64,000 nucleotides of DNA from Candidatus Heimdallarchaeota archaeon. GTDB lineage: Archaea > Asgardarchaeota > Heimdallarchaeia > Heimdallarchaeales > Heimdallarchaeaceae. Within the stretch, counting starts at the first letter, position 1; each line of letters begins with the position of its first letter. The DNA lies in assembly GCA_030603365.1 (NCBI GenBank), contig JAUVXV010000010.1, positions 64,001 to 128,000 of the forward strand, written 5' to 3'. A program made the translations under genes and the position numbers. The notes under the pieces were generated by a model that was given only the letters and a program-made list of their open reading frames with translations, was not told where the DNA came from and did not search any database. This document shows positions 9,718 to 18,946 of this stretch, piece after piece.

Positions 9718-10866
9718 TTAAACCATTTCTACTCTCTTTTTCAGAACCAATATAATTACTAAGAGAGGAGTAATCATAAATACTAAAATTATAGGTTTCT
9801 CCAATTCGGGAATGACAGGAAGATCTCCAAATGAAAATAAAGGATATAAATCAGCTGATTGCGCATCACCATCAATTTCATAATAACCAACACCATTCCA
9901 ATCGCTCCAATAATTTCCTGTTTGAGTGATAGTATTATACCAATAATTGTGACCTGTTATATTCGATGGTCCTTCATGATAAGCTTGTGATGTTCCACCA
10001 GCATTATCGATAAATACATTTTGATACACTTGTACATTAGTAGAATCGTAGGCTAATACTACTCCAAACAAACCATTAGCTTCAAGCCAATTATAGTATA
10101 CATTGCTCTCATGAGCTGCATCTAGTCTTGTTCCATTTTCACTATTGAAACTGCATGTATTGTTATACACATTTGTATAACTTGTTCTTAGAACATAAAT
10201 CCCAGTAGGATTAAATTTGCATGTATTATTGTAAATCTGGTAGTAATCTCCATCATCAGCTATTATTCCAGCATATACATTATTAGTGACAGTATTATTA
10301 CAAATCAATGCATTCCCCCCAGTAACTGATATTCCTACATGATAACCTGATACTGCGTTATTTACAATAACAGAATTTTGACCTAGTATGTATATACCAT
10401 GATTAAGTCCACCATTAGCAATGATGCAATTTAATATTGTTACATTTCTGGCATACATCACTGAAATGCCAGTTCGTTCAACACTGTCAATAGTAACTCC
10501 ATCAATAACTATAGCCCCTTCTGTAGTATTATATAATCGAATACCTCTAGACTCAGCTCTTATGAAACAATTTCTTATTACGAATTTTTGAGGGACACTT
10601 AATATGTAAATACCCCAATAATTACTAGTTATAATTTCATAATTTTCAATCAGATATGGATCATCAAGAGTCCCATTACCTGGAAAGTTGTATATATCCC
10701 AATCATCTTCATTGTTAATGAAGATACTTGAGTGAGGTGTGAGGTTTGTCCTTAATTGGGATTGATTAAGAGAAGATAGAACACATGTACAAGGCGTTCG
10801 TGTATGTAAGAAAGACAGAACCACGATAAAAAATATCTGAAAACCAACAACTCTAAAATTCCTCAT
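9718..10866 (-). CDS. Secreted right-handed beta-helix (NosD/CASH-like) surface protein
   Basis: Signal peptide; FPGNGT..DPY; repeated N....GI beta-helix turns; GNYWSD; IPEL + TM + basic tail. Confidence 0.85.
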   Translation of the reverse strand: MRNFRVVGFQIFFIVVLSFLHTRTPCTCVLSSLNQSQLRTNLTPHSSIFINNEDDWDIYNFPGNGTLDDPYLIENYEIITSNYWGIYILSVPQKFVIRNCFIRAESRGIRLYNTTEGAIVIDGVTIDSVERTGISVMYARNVTILNCIIANGGLNHGIYILGQNSVIVNNAVSGYHVGISVTGGNALICNNTVTNNVYAGIIADDGDYYQIYNNTCKFNPTGIYVLRTSYTNVYNNTCSFNSENGTRLDAAHESNVYYNWLEANGLFGVVLAYDSTNVQVYQNVFIDNAGGTSQAYHEGPSNITGHNYWYNTITQTGNYWSDWNGVGYYEIDGDAQSADLYPLFSFGDLPVIPELEKPIILVFMITPLLVIILVLKKRVEMV

Positions 10867-11085
10867 AATAATGATTCACCTAACTCAACTAGCAAACTTA
10901 TACGTTTAAATCCTTAAAAGCTTTTATGGAGATTTCCTAAAAATACTGGGATAAACTAATTTTCTTAAAGACTTATTTTCCTTCATAATACTTAATTTGA
11001 ATTATTAAGAAATGCAGGAACAAAAGAAATCTGTGTGAGAAGGTTTTTGTTCTATGGACATATACAGTGTTAGGAGTTTTATCAC

Positions 11086-11247
11086 ATGAATAATGGTGGT
11101 ATTGGAGGATTAGGTGGATTGGAGGAAAGCGAGGATGAACTCACTTCGGAGGAAATTGAAAGAATAAAGGAAGAAAGAAGATTAAAGGAAGAGGAAAAGA
11201 AAAACAAAAAGAAGGAAAAAAAGAGGAAAAAGGAATACGGATATTAA
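11086..11247 (+). CDS. Small charged protein (53 aa), absent from the ORF track
   Basis: ATG at 11086 after an AGGAG; MNNGGIGGLGGLEESEDELTSEEIERIKEERRLKEEEKKNKKKEKKRKKEYGY*. Confidence 0.55.
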   Translation: MNNGGIGGLGGLEESEDELTSEEIERIKEERRLKEEEKKNKKKEKKRKKEYGY

Positions 11248-11302
11248 GCTATATCATCCCTATCTGTTTTTAAAAGATTCACATTTCAGTTTTTCACAAA
11301 AG

Positions 11303-11318
11303 CGTAAAGGTTATATAT
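11303..11318 (+). promoter_or_regulatory. BRE/TATA promoter of the thermosome gene
   Basis: CGTAAAGG-TTATATAT about 65 bp upstream of the ATG. Confidence 0.5.
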
Positions 11319-11380
11319 CAGTGATTAGACACATGAACTTGAAAATTTGATAATCTTACGATTACAAAGAGGTATTTACA

Positions 11381-13006
11381 ATGTATGGTCAACCAGTTTA
11401 TATTATGAAAGAAGGAACTGAAAGAACCCAAGGAAGAGATGCCCAACGCAATAACATCACTGCTGCAAGAGCTGTTTCAGAAGCTATTCGTTCTGCACTT
11501 GGTCCTAAGGGAATGGACAAGATGTTAATTGACAACTTTGGTGATACTACTGTCACCAATGATGGTGCAACTATCCTTAAAGAGATTGAAGTCAGCCATC
11601 CTGCAGCCAAATTCGTGATCGATCTTGCTAAGACTCAAGATCAAGAAACCGGTGATGGCACTACCACTGTTGTGGTTATTGCTGGTGAGTTGCTTAAACA
11701 AGCAGAAGAATTATTGGACTTGGATATTCATCCTAGTATCATTATTGAAGGATATAGATTAGCTCGCTTTAAAGCTGATGAAATCCTTGATGGAATGTCT
11801 ACTGAAGTTCTATTTGATAACGATAAGACTTTGAGAGCTGTAGCTGAAACTTCTATGTCTTCTAAAATCGTTAGTGGTGAAAAAGGTTTACTAGCTGAGA
11901 TTGTTGTTAAGGCTGTTAAAGCCATATCTGAAGACAAAGATGGTAAAAAGTTTGCTGATATTGATAACATTCAAATTCAGAAGAAGAAAGGTGGGAGCCT
12001 TGTTGATGCTGAATTAATTGATGGTATCATTATGGATAAAGAATTCGTTCACTCAGATATGCCTAAGAAGATTGAGGATGCTAAAATTCTTCTACTTGAT
12101 AAGGGATTAGAATTAAGCAAAACCGAAATTGATGCGAAAATCAATATTACCAGTCCTGAACAGATTCAAGCTTTTCTTGATAATGAACATGAAATGCTCA
12201 AAGAAATGGCTGATAAAATCATTGCTTCTGGAGCTAATGTGGTTCTTTGCCAGAAAGGAATTGACGATATTATTCAACACTATTTGGCTAAGAAAGATAT
12301 TTCAGCTGTTCGTAGAATTAAGAAAAGCGACATGGAAAAACTAGCTAAAGCTACAGGTGCACAAATAACTACCAGTTTAGAAGATCTCAAGGATTACATT
12401 GGTAATGCAAATCTTGCTGAAGAGAGATCTATCGGTGATGATAACATGATTTTTGTAACTGGATGCGAAAATCCTAAAGCTGTTTCTATAATCATCCGTG
12501 GTGGAACTGAAATGATAGTTGATGAAGCTGATCGTGCTATTCATGATGCTCTCTGTGTTGTTCGTCAAGTTATTAACGACAAGCAAGTTGTTCCAGGTGG
12601 TGGAGCTCCCGAAATTCGAATTAGCCAAAAACTTGGAGAATTTGCAATGGATTACACCAGTAAAGTACAACTAGCAATCGAGAAGTTCGCAAAAGCTATG
12701 GAAATCATTCCTAGAACTTTAGCAGAAAACGCAGGACTTGATCCAATCGATGTTCTATCAGAATTACATGGACAACATGCAAAAAACGGTCATGTTTTTG
12801 GAGTTAATCCATTTAAATCAAAAGTAGATGATATGGCAAAACTCAATGTTTGGGAACCAATTTCAGTAAAGAAACAAGCTATTAGCGGTGCTGCTGAAGC
12901 TGCTGAAATGATTCTCAGAATTGATGATGTTATTGCTGCTAAGGAATTATCTGGTGGGGCGGGTGGAATGCCTCCAGATCCTGGCGGAATGGATGAGGAT
13001 TTCTAA
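11381..13006 (+). CDS. ths: Thermosome (group II chaperonin) subunit
   Basis: LGPKGMDKM, TNDGATIL and GDGTTT motifs; GGM-type tail. Confidence 0.98.
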   Translation: MYGQPVYIMKEGTERTQGRDAQRNNITAARAVSEAIRSALGPKGMDKMLIDNFGDTTVTNDGATILKEIEVSHPAAKFVIDLAKTQDQETGDGTTTVVVIAGELLKQAEELLDLDIHPSIIIEGYRLARFKADEILDGMSTEVLFDNDKTLRAVAETSMSSKIVSGEKGLLAEIVVKAVKAISEDKDGKKFADIDNIQIQKKKGGSLVDAELIDGIIMDKEFVHSDMPKKIEDAKILLLDKGLELSKTEIDAKINITSPEQIQAFLDNEHEMLKEMADKIIASGANVVLCQKGIDDIIQHYLAKKDISAVRRIKKSDMEKLAKATGAQITTSLEDLKDYIGNANLAEERSIGDDNMIFVTGCENPKAVSIIIRGGTEMIVDEADRAIHDALCVVRQVINDKQVVPGGGAPEIRISQKLGEFAMDYTSKVQLAIEKFAKAMEIIPRTLAENAGLDPIDVLSELHGQHAKNGHVFGVNPFKSKVDDMAKLNVWEPISVKKQAISGAAEAAEMILRIDDVIAAKELSGGAGGMPPDPGGMDEDF

Positions 13007-13044
13007 TATCCTTATTCCTAAATTTTCTCTTTTTAAAACAGAAT

Positions 13045-13263
13045 TTAAAGCCTATATGTTTTCAAGGCACTTGTAACTTTTTGTAACATTTCTTCAGTTA
13101 CTTTATCGGATTCTAACTCCACAATAGCTACCCAAGTAGAGTAAGCTGCTTCTCTTACTTCCTTATTATTATCTTTCATACCATCCACGATAATGTCAAC
13201 TACTTCAGTATTGAGAGTGGATATTTTGTTACCTTTCTTAAGTTCAATAGGAGTGTAAGACAT
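13045..13263 (-). CDS. Small HEAT-repeat-like protein
   Basis: IIVDGMKDNNKEVREAAYSTW matches a HEAT helix pair. Confidence 0.55.
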   Translation of the reverse strand: MSYTPIELKKGNKISTLNTEVVDIIVDGMKDNNKEVREAAYSTWVAIVELESDKVTEEMLQKVTSALKTYRL

Positions 13264-13392
13264 TGTCCCCGTAAAAATTAGAACTAATGACTTTAAAAAT
13301 GTTTTTCAAATCAGACAAAAAACGCAGTTTTAAGTGGTTTTTTTGGGGTTTGGATAAAAAAATGTAATGCAGAGAAGAAGAAATAGAGAGAG

Positions 13393-14568
13393 TTACTCCT
13401 TTACTCTTTGAGCAACTTTCTTTCCTAAATCCTTTGCTTGTTGAAGAATTTCATCAGTTGGTGCTCCTCTAAATTCCAATAGAGGTTCAACAACTTCCCA
13501 ATCCAATTCTTGAACTTGATCTGCTGCTTGTTTAAGAGCTCTCCCACTCCACATAGATGACCCAAAGAAACCTACGATTCTTTCTCTCAAATCTTTTCTT
13601 TTTACTAAGTGAAGATAATAAGATGTGTTAAGAAAAGGTCCTCCATCATAAACTGGGAAACCTAGAATCACTCCTTTGTATTTCCATGTTTCTTTGATTA
13701 GGTAACTCAAATGATCCTTCGAGAAGTTTAGAACAGTAACTGGCAATCCCTCTTCTTTTATCCCATCAACAACACTATTAACAACCTTAGCAGTGTTCCC
13801 ATACATTGATCCCCATATGACTACGACACCTGGTAAAGCCATCCTATCTGAAAGACGAACATACAAATCAAGTATTCGTTGTGGATCTTTTCTCCAAATT
13901 AAACCATGAGCTGGAGCAATAATTTTGATATCTAAAGCTCCGAGTTTTTCCATAGCTTTCTTAACGTATTTAACATATTTAGCAACTATATTGCTAAAAT
14001 AACGTATTGTTTCTTCAAAGAAGATATCAGGGTCACAATCATCATCAAAAATTCCAAAATCAAGAGCTTTATATGAACCAAATGCATCGCATGAAAACAA
14101 GATTTTCTCTTGATTATCATAGGTTATCATTGTTTCAGGCCAGTGAACCAAGGGATCCATGTAGAATGTCAATATTCTTCCTCCCAAGTCCAATGTATCT
14201 CCTTCTCCTACAACTCGAATGTTCTCTGTGATTCTATAGAGACTATTAAGCATATCTTCTGCTTTCTTTGAACAAAGTATTGTTGCATTTGGAACTTTTT
14301 CTAGTAGTCTAGTTAGAGAACTGCTATGATCCGGTTCTATATGGTTCAAAATGATATAATCAATATCAAACGAAGTTACTTCTTCTACTTTGTTCAGAAA
14401 CTCATCAACAAAAGGTATTTTCACGGTTTCTATTAATGCAGTTTTTTCTCCTTTAACCACATAGCTATTATAACTCACACCTTCAGGGATAGGCCAAAGT
14501 CCTTCGAACAAGTCAGTTAAGTGATCATTCACTCCAACATAATATACTTCAGATGCTACTTCCTTCAT
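13393..14568 (-). CDS. fprA: Flavodiiron protein (FprA / A-type flavoprotein)
   Basis: HIEPDH, HWPE, SCDAFG and PAHG motifs; flavodoxin SMYGNT. Confidence 0.95.
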   Translation of the reverse strand: MKEVASEVYYVGVNDHLTDLFEGLWPIPEGVSYNSYVVKGEKTALIETVKIPFVDEFLNKVEEVTSFDIDYIILNHIEPDHSSSLTRLLEKVPNATILCSKKAEDMLNSLYRITENIRVVGEGDTLDLGGRILTFYMDPLVHWPETMITYDNQEKILFSCDAFGSYKALDFGIFDDDCDPDIFFEETIRYFSNIVAKYVKYVKKAMEKLGALDIKIIAPAHGLIWRKDPQRILDLYVRLSDRMALPGVVVIWGSMYGNTAKVVNSVVDGIKEEGLPVTVLNFSKDHLSYLIKETWKYKGVILGFPVYDGGPFLNTSYYLHLVKRKDLRERIVGFFGSSMWSGRALKQAADQVQELDWEVVEPLLEFRGAPTDEILQQAKDLGKKVAQRVKE

Positions 14569-14744
14569 TTCTAACTACTCTTTAATTTATGGATTATATT
14601 TAAGAGAATTAACCTCTCAATTCACATGTAAAAGCACTTAGGAATCTTTTAAAAACGTTAGGTTCTCTCAAACAATTTTGTATATTTTTCTTCTTTTTGA
14701 CCAAAATTCTTAAGGAGTTTAACATAAATCTATCCTTGTAGAAA

Positions 14745-15692
14745 ATGGAACTCAAAGGAATCGATAAGAAAATAACAGAGATACTTGAGAAAGCTAATCT
14801 AAATCTCGAAACAATAGCTGTTTCTACAGCTGAAGAATTATCTTCACTAGCTGAGATAGACAATAAAGAAGCTAAGAAAGTAATCAAAGCTGCTCAAGAA
14901 GAATTAGGTATTCAACCTATGACTGCTTTGAAATTCTTAGAGCATGAGTCAAAGAGAGGAAAGATTACAACATCCTCTACTGAGTTTGATACAATTCTAG
15001 GAGGAGGTATCTGGACTCAAGAGCTTACAGAACTTGCTGGATCCTTTGGTAGTGGAAAAACACAATTATGTTTTCAACTCTGTTTAAATGTTCAACTCCC
15101 AGTTGATGAAGGTGGATTGGAAGGAAATGCATTTTTCATAGATACTGAAAGAACTTTTTCTCCCAGAAGAGTTGTTGAAATTGCTTCTTATAGAGAATTT
15201 GACGTGGAGAAAGCGTTAGGTAATATATACATTGGCTCTGCTCTTAACACTCATCATCTTTTCAGTATAGTAGATGAATTAGAAGAAATCATCCCAGACA
15301 AAAATATCAAACTTCTAATAGTAGATTCCTTTGCATCACATTTCAGATCTGAATTCATTGGGAAGAATCGTTTAGTAGAAAGACAACAGAAGATTATGCA
15401 AATAGCAGAAAAACTTATTGCACTTGCTGTTAAATTTGATCTAGCTGTTGTCGTAACTAATCAGATTATTGCTAATGTTGAAGAGTTTCTTTTTGGTAGT
15501 CCTGAAGAACCAGCTCTTGGATTTGCATGGGCTCACAGACCTCAACAAAGGATTTTTCTCCGAAAATCACGAGGTAGCTCGAGGATTGCAAGACTTTTTG
15601 ACAGTTCAAGAATGCCTGAAAGAGAGGCTCTTTTCTATGTAACTGAAAATGGTTTATCAGATGCACCATTCTCTTCTGATTTCTACTCTTAG
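14745..15692 (+). CDS. RadA/Rad51-family recombinase paralogue
   Basis: N-terminal HhH domain, Walker A GSFGSGKT, FIDTE, LLIVDS, VTNQ; PALGFAWAH replaces PIGGHILAH. Confidence 0.9.
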   Translation: MELKGIDKKITEILEKANLNLETIAVSTAEELSSLAEIDNKEAKKVIKAAQEELGIQPMTALKFLEHESKRGKITTSSTEFDTILGGGIWTQELTELAGSFGSGKTQLCFQLCLNVQLPVDEGGLEGNAFFIDTERTFSPRRVVEIASYREFDVEKALGNIYIGSALNTHHLFSIVDELEEIIPDKNIKLLIVDSFASHFRSEFIGKNRLVERQQKIMQIAEKLIALAVKFDLAVVVTNQIIANVEEFLFGSPEEPALGFAWAHRPQQRIFLRKSRGSSRIARLFDSSRMPEREALFYVTENGLSDAPFSSDFYS

Positions 15693-15749
15693 AAAATAAA
15701 TCTCTATTTAACAATGAAAATCATAAAACTAGAAAAAGATAGATGAGAG

Positions 15750-16061
15750 TTAGCTACTTTCAATGGCAGCTGAATAGACTATTGTTCGTCTAGATTTGGT
15801 TATGATTTTAATAATATTATTTTCTTCTGCTTCACGTAATATCTTCTTAGCAGTACTTACTCTAATATTGTATTTATAAGCTAAGTAAGCAGGAGTAATT
15901 CCTTTAGCTCTTTTTATTTCATCATCTATTTTCTTCTTGGTATCGTCATCAGGTTTTAAATCTCGAATTGTAGGGATAAATTCTACAACTAAACCGAACT
16001 TTTTCTTCTTCCTGACTACTTTTCTTTCGCGTCCAGACATTTCTCTCGATTTTGCGTTCAT
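15750..16061 (-). CDS. rps25e: 30S ribosomal protein eS25
   Basis: Basic N-terminus and winged helix ITPAYLAYKYNIRVSTAKKILRE...IVYS. Confidence 0.88.
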   Translation of the reverse strand: MNAKSREMSGRERKVVRKKKKFGLVVEFIPTIRDLKPDDDTKKKIDDEIKRAKGITPAYLAYKYNIRVSTAKKILREAEENNIIKIITKSRRTIVYSAAIESS

Positions 16062-16183
16062 GTGTTGATTTTTAAGTTATTCGATTGAATGCTTTTTATG
16101 AAGGAAAAATCTGAACTATTAAAAAAGCAAAGCTAACCTCCCGTGAACCAAAATCTTGATAATTCAAGATTTAAAGAAAACAT

Positions 16184-17179
16184 ATGGACAAGTTGGATTT
16201 ACTCTTAGATACTTTTAAAGGAATAAACAGTGATTACCCACTCTTTAGTTTGTGGAAACATTTCCCTAATATCGATAGAGACCCCCAGCAATTAGCTAAA
16301 AACCATGTCGATTTTTATAACAAGTATGATTTTGACTTGATGAAGATTTCTCCCCATGGAAGATTTCCTGTAGTTGATTATGGGTGCACTGTTGGAGCAG
16401 ATTATGATCCCATTACTGGCAGTACTCGTTGTGAGGATTGTTGTATTAAATCAATACAAGATTGGCAATCTTTAGAACCATTAAATGTTAGTGAAGGAGA
16501 ATTAGGAAAACAAATAGAAACAGTCAAACTGATACATAAGAAACTTGAATTTTTGCCAAAAATGATGACAGTGTTCTCTCCCCTGATGGTCGCATCAAAG
16601 ATGGATCCTAATTTAGTTACAAACATAAGAGAGCATCCTGATATTATTATAGATTCTATGTTCATCTTATTGAAAGATATAATAGAATATGCTGAAGCTT
16701 CAAAAGATGCAGGAGCAGAAGGTATTTTTCTAGCATCTCAACATTTTCGAAAAACAGATTTATCATTTGAAGAAGTTCAAAGATTTGAGATAAATTTTCT
16801 GGACAAATTCCTCTCTAGAATCAATAAAAAAGTTGATTTTACAGTTATTCATGTCCATGGTGAGGACATTAAATTCAAAGAAGCAGCTGATAAACTCCAG
16901 GTTGATGCTTTAAACTGGCATGATAGATTGACTTGGCCATCTCTTGCAGAAGCTGCAAAAATGTTCCCAAAGGGTTTATTAGCTGGAATAGATGAAACAA
17001 AATCACTCGTTAATGGAAAACCAGAAGAAATACAGAATAACATTCTAGATGCATTTCAACAATCGATGAATTTTGATAATAGAATAATAATTGCTCCTGG
17101 TTGCGTAATCCCTATAACTGTTCCAGAGAAAAATATAGAGATTATATCAAAAACTATTAAGAAAGCAAGAAGAGGTTAG
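16184..17179 (+). CDS. Uroporphyrinogen decarboxylase / MtaA-CmuA family TIM-barrel protein
   Basis: LWKHFP, TVFSP, IHVHG, LNWH and IIAPGC motifs. Confidence 0.85.
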   Translation: MDKLDLLLDTFKGINSDYPLFSLWKHFPNIDRDPQQLAKNHVDFYNKYDFDLMKISPHGRFPVVDYGCTVGADYDPITGSTRCEDCCIKSIQDWQSLEPLNVSEGELGKQIETVKLIHKKLEFLPKMMTVFSPLMVASKMDPNLVTNIREHPDIIIDSMFILLKDIIEYAEASKDAGAEGIFLASQHFRKTDLSFEEVQRFEINFLDKFLSRINKKVDFTVIHVHGEDIKFKEAADKLQVDALNWHDRLTWPSLAEAAKMFPKGLLAGIDETKSLVNGKPEEIQNNILDAFQQSMNFDNRIIIAPGCVIPITVPEKNIEIISKTIKKARRG

Positions 17180-17185
17180 GTTAAT

Positions 17186-17839
17186 ATGAGCAAGAATAAT
17201 CAGGAAAAGGATATAATAATATCAAAGATGCCGAAGAGAACTGGTTGGAAAGATTTCATCTTGAATCTGGTATTTAGCCTAATTATGATTGCAAGTTTCT
17301 ATGTCTTTGTTATTTATGACCGTCCTGTAGATATTGCAGATTGGTTAATCAAGATTTTTGTTACAGTATTACCGCTTCTAATTTTTGGAAATAGAACAGT
17401 GAAAGAAATTTATTACACTAAGGACTTCATAAGAATAGAAGGAACTAAGATACAGTATAGATCAACCCCATTTGTAATGACTGGTTTCAGGGTAAAGAAG
17501 GGGAGTATTGACATTAAAGAAATAAGAAAATATGGGTTGTCAAGAATTCCCAGAAAATTATCTCTAGATTTTTGGGGTCAGAAAACTAAAGCTATGACAG
17601 TAGTTCAACTTAAGAGTGGAAAAGAGTATTTTATTGGAGAATACTTTTCAAATGAAGACCTTGCTGAAATTTGTCTAAATATTAGACACATCTATCCTAA
17701 AGCAAGATTTACTACAAATATTCCTGATGAATTTCCCGAGTTAACAAAAAAAGAGAAAGATCTTGTTAAATCTAAAAAAATTAAGAAAATTGTTGACGAG
17801 GATGAAGAGCCAGAAGGTGTTGGGGTTCGAAAACGTTGA
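17186..17839 (+). CDS. Membrane protein with two TM helices and a PH-like soluble domain
   Basis: Two N-terminal hydrophobic segments followed by a beta-rich domain and a helix. Confidence 0.65.
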   Translation: MSKNNQEKDIIISKMPKRTGWKDFILNLVFSLIMIASFYVFVIYDRPVDIADWLIKIFVTVLPLLIFGNRTVKEIYYTKDFIRIEGTKIQYRSTPFVMTGFRVKKGSIDIKEIRKYGLSRIPRKLSLDFWGQKTKAMTVVQLKSGKEYFIGEYFSNEDLAEICLNIRHIYPKARFTTNIPDEFPELTKKEKDLVKSKKIKKIVDEDEEPEGVGVRKR

Positions 17840-17884
17840 GAAGAATATCCTAGCTTTTATTAATAGAAAACGATAGAAATTAAC

Positions 17885-18946
17885 ATGATGGAATACAATC
17901 AACCAGTAAGTTTTTCTGTAACAAAAAGAAACATAGCAGTATTAGATTTTGGGGTTACATCTCTCAAAATAGTCATTTTAGACCCAGTCCACCCAGAAGA
18001 GCCTTTACATTTCCAACGTATTTATCTTCCCTTGAGAACTAAAAAAGAGGAAGTTGAAAGTGTCCTCAAAACTCTTCTACGTTCTTATTCTGATTATCAT
18101 ATTCGCAAATTCATAATTACTACTACAAGTCCTCTATTTGCTTCTGCTCAGGAAACAGTTGAATATATTATTATGTCAGTGACTAAATTTATCCATCCAA
18201 CAAACATCACATTATACACTCATGATGAGAAGTTTGTTTCAATAAATGAAGCATTAGTCGATCCAACCAAGGTTGTTTCGGTAGGCTGGAAGGCGCTAGG
18301 AAAAGGATTATGGCATATGGTGAAAAAAGACGGATTAGTAGTTGATTTCTCTACCAGAACCACTAGCTTTATTCCTGTGAAAGATGGAAAAATTCTCTCT
18401 GAATCTCAGTCTGACTTCGAAAGGATGAAAAGAGATGAGTTGATTTTCTTTGGTTTCTTGGAAACAAATGTGGCATTCATACAACCAAGATTCGAGTTTA
18501 ATGGAGAAACATACAATCTTCCATTTGAACCTCATGTAATAATGGCAGATATATTTCTTATCACAGGCGATTTGAAATCTAATGATTATGTAACTGATAC
18601 TCCTGATAAAAAAGCAAAGTTTAGAGAAGATGCCTTAGATAGGTTGAAAAGAATGTTGTGCATAATAGACGATCATTTCAGTGAGAATGATTTAGTCAAA
18701 GTTGCACACATATTAAAAGTTCGAATGTTAGAGAAGATTAATCAGATAATTAATAAGAAATTACAAGAACATAATCTTTCAAGGATTTTGATAACAGGTA
18801 TTGGGTCAAATCTCCTCTATCAGTATCTCTATGAGAAAAATGAATCAAGAGATATCATTAAAGTATCCGATATATTAAAAACTGCAGAGATTAATCCTTC
18901 TTACAGTTTAGCTTTCATATACGCAACAAAAAAAGATGATGAATAA
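17885..18946 (+). CDS. MfnF-like / hydantoinase-oxoprolinase (ASKHA fold) protein with degenerate motifs
   Basis: LDFGVTSLK, VDFSTRTTSFIP, SDFERMKRDELIFFGFLETN and TDTPD align with MfnF-family motifs. Confidence 0.7.
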   Translation: MMEYNQPVSFSVTKRNIAVLDFGVTSLKIVILDPVHPEEPLHFQRIYLPLRTKKEEVESVLKTLLRSYSDYHIRKFIITTTSPLFASAQETVEYIIMSVTKFIHPTNITLYTHDEKFVSINEALVDPTKVVSVGWKALGKGLWHMVKKDGLVVDFSTRTTSFIPVKDGKILSESQSDFERMKRDELIFFGFLETNVAFIQPRFEFNGETYNLPFEPHVIMADIFLITGDLKSNDYVTDTPDKKAKFREDALDRLKRMLCIIDDHFSENDLVKVAHILKVRMLEKINQIINKKLQEHNLSRILITGIGSNLLYQYLYEKNESRDIIKVSDILKTAEINPSYSLAFIYATKKDDE

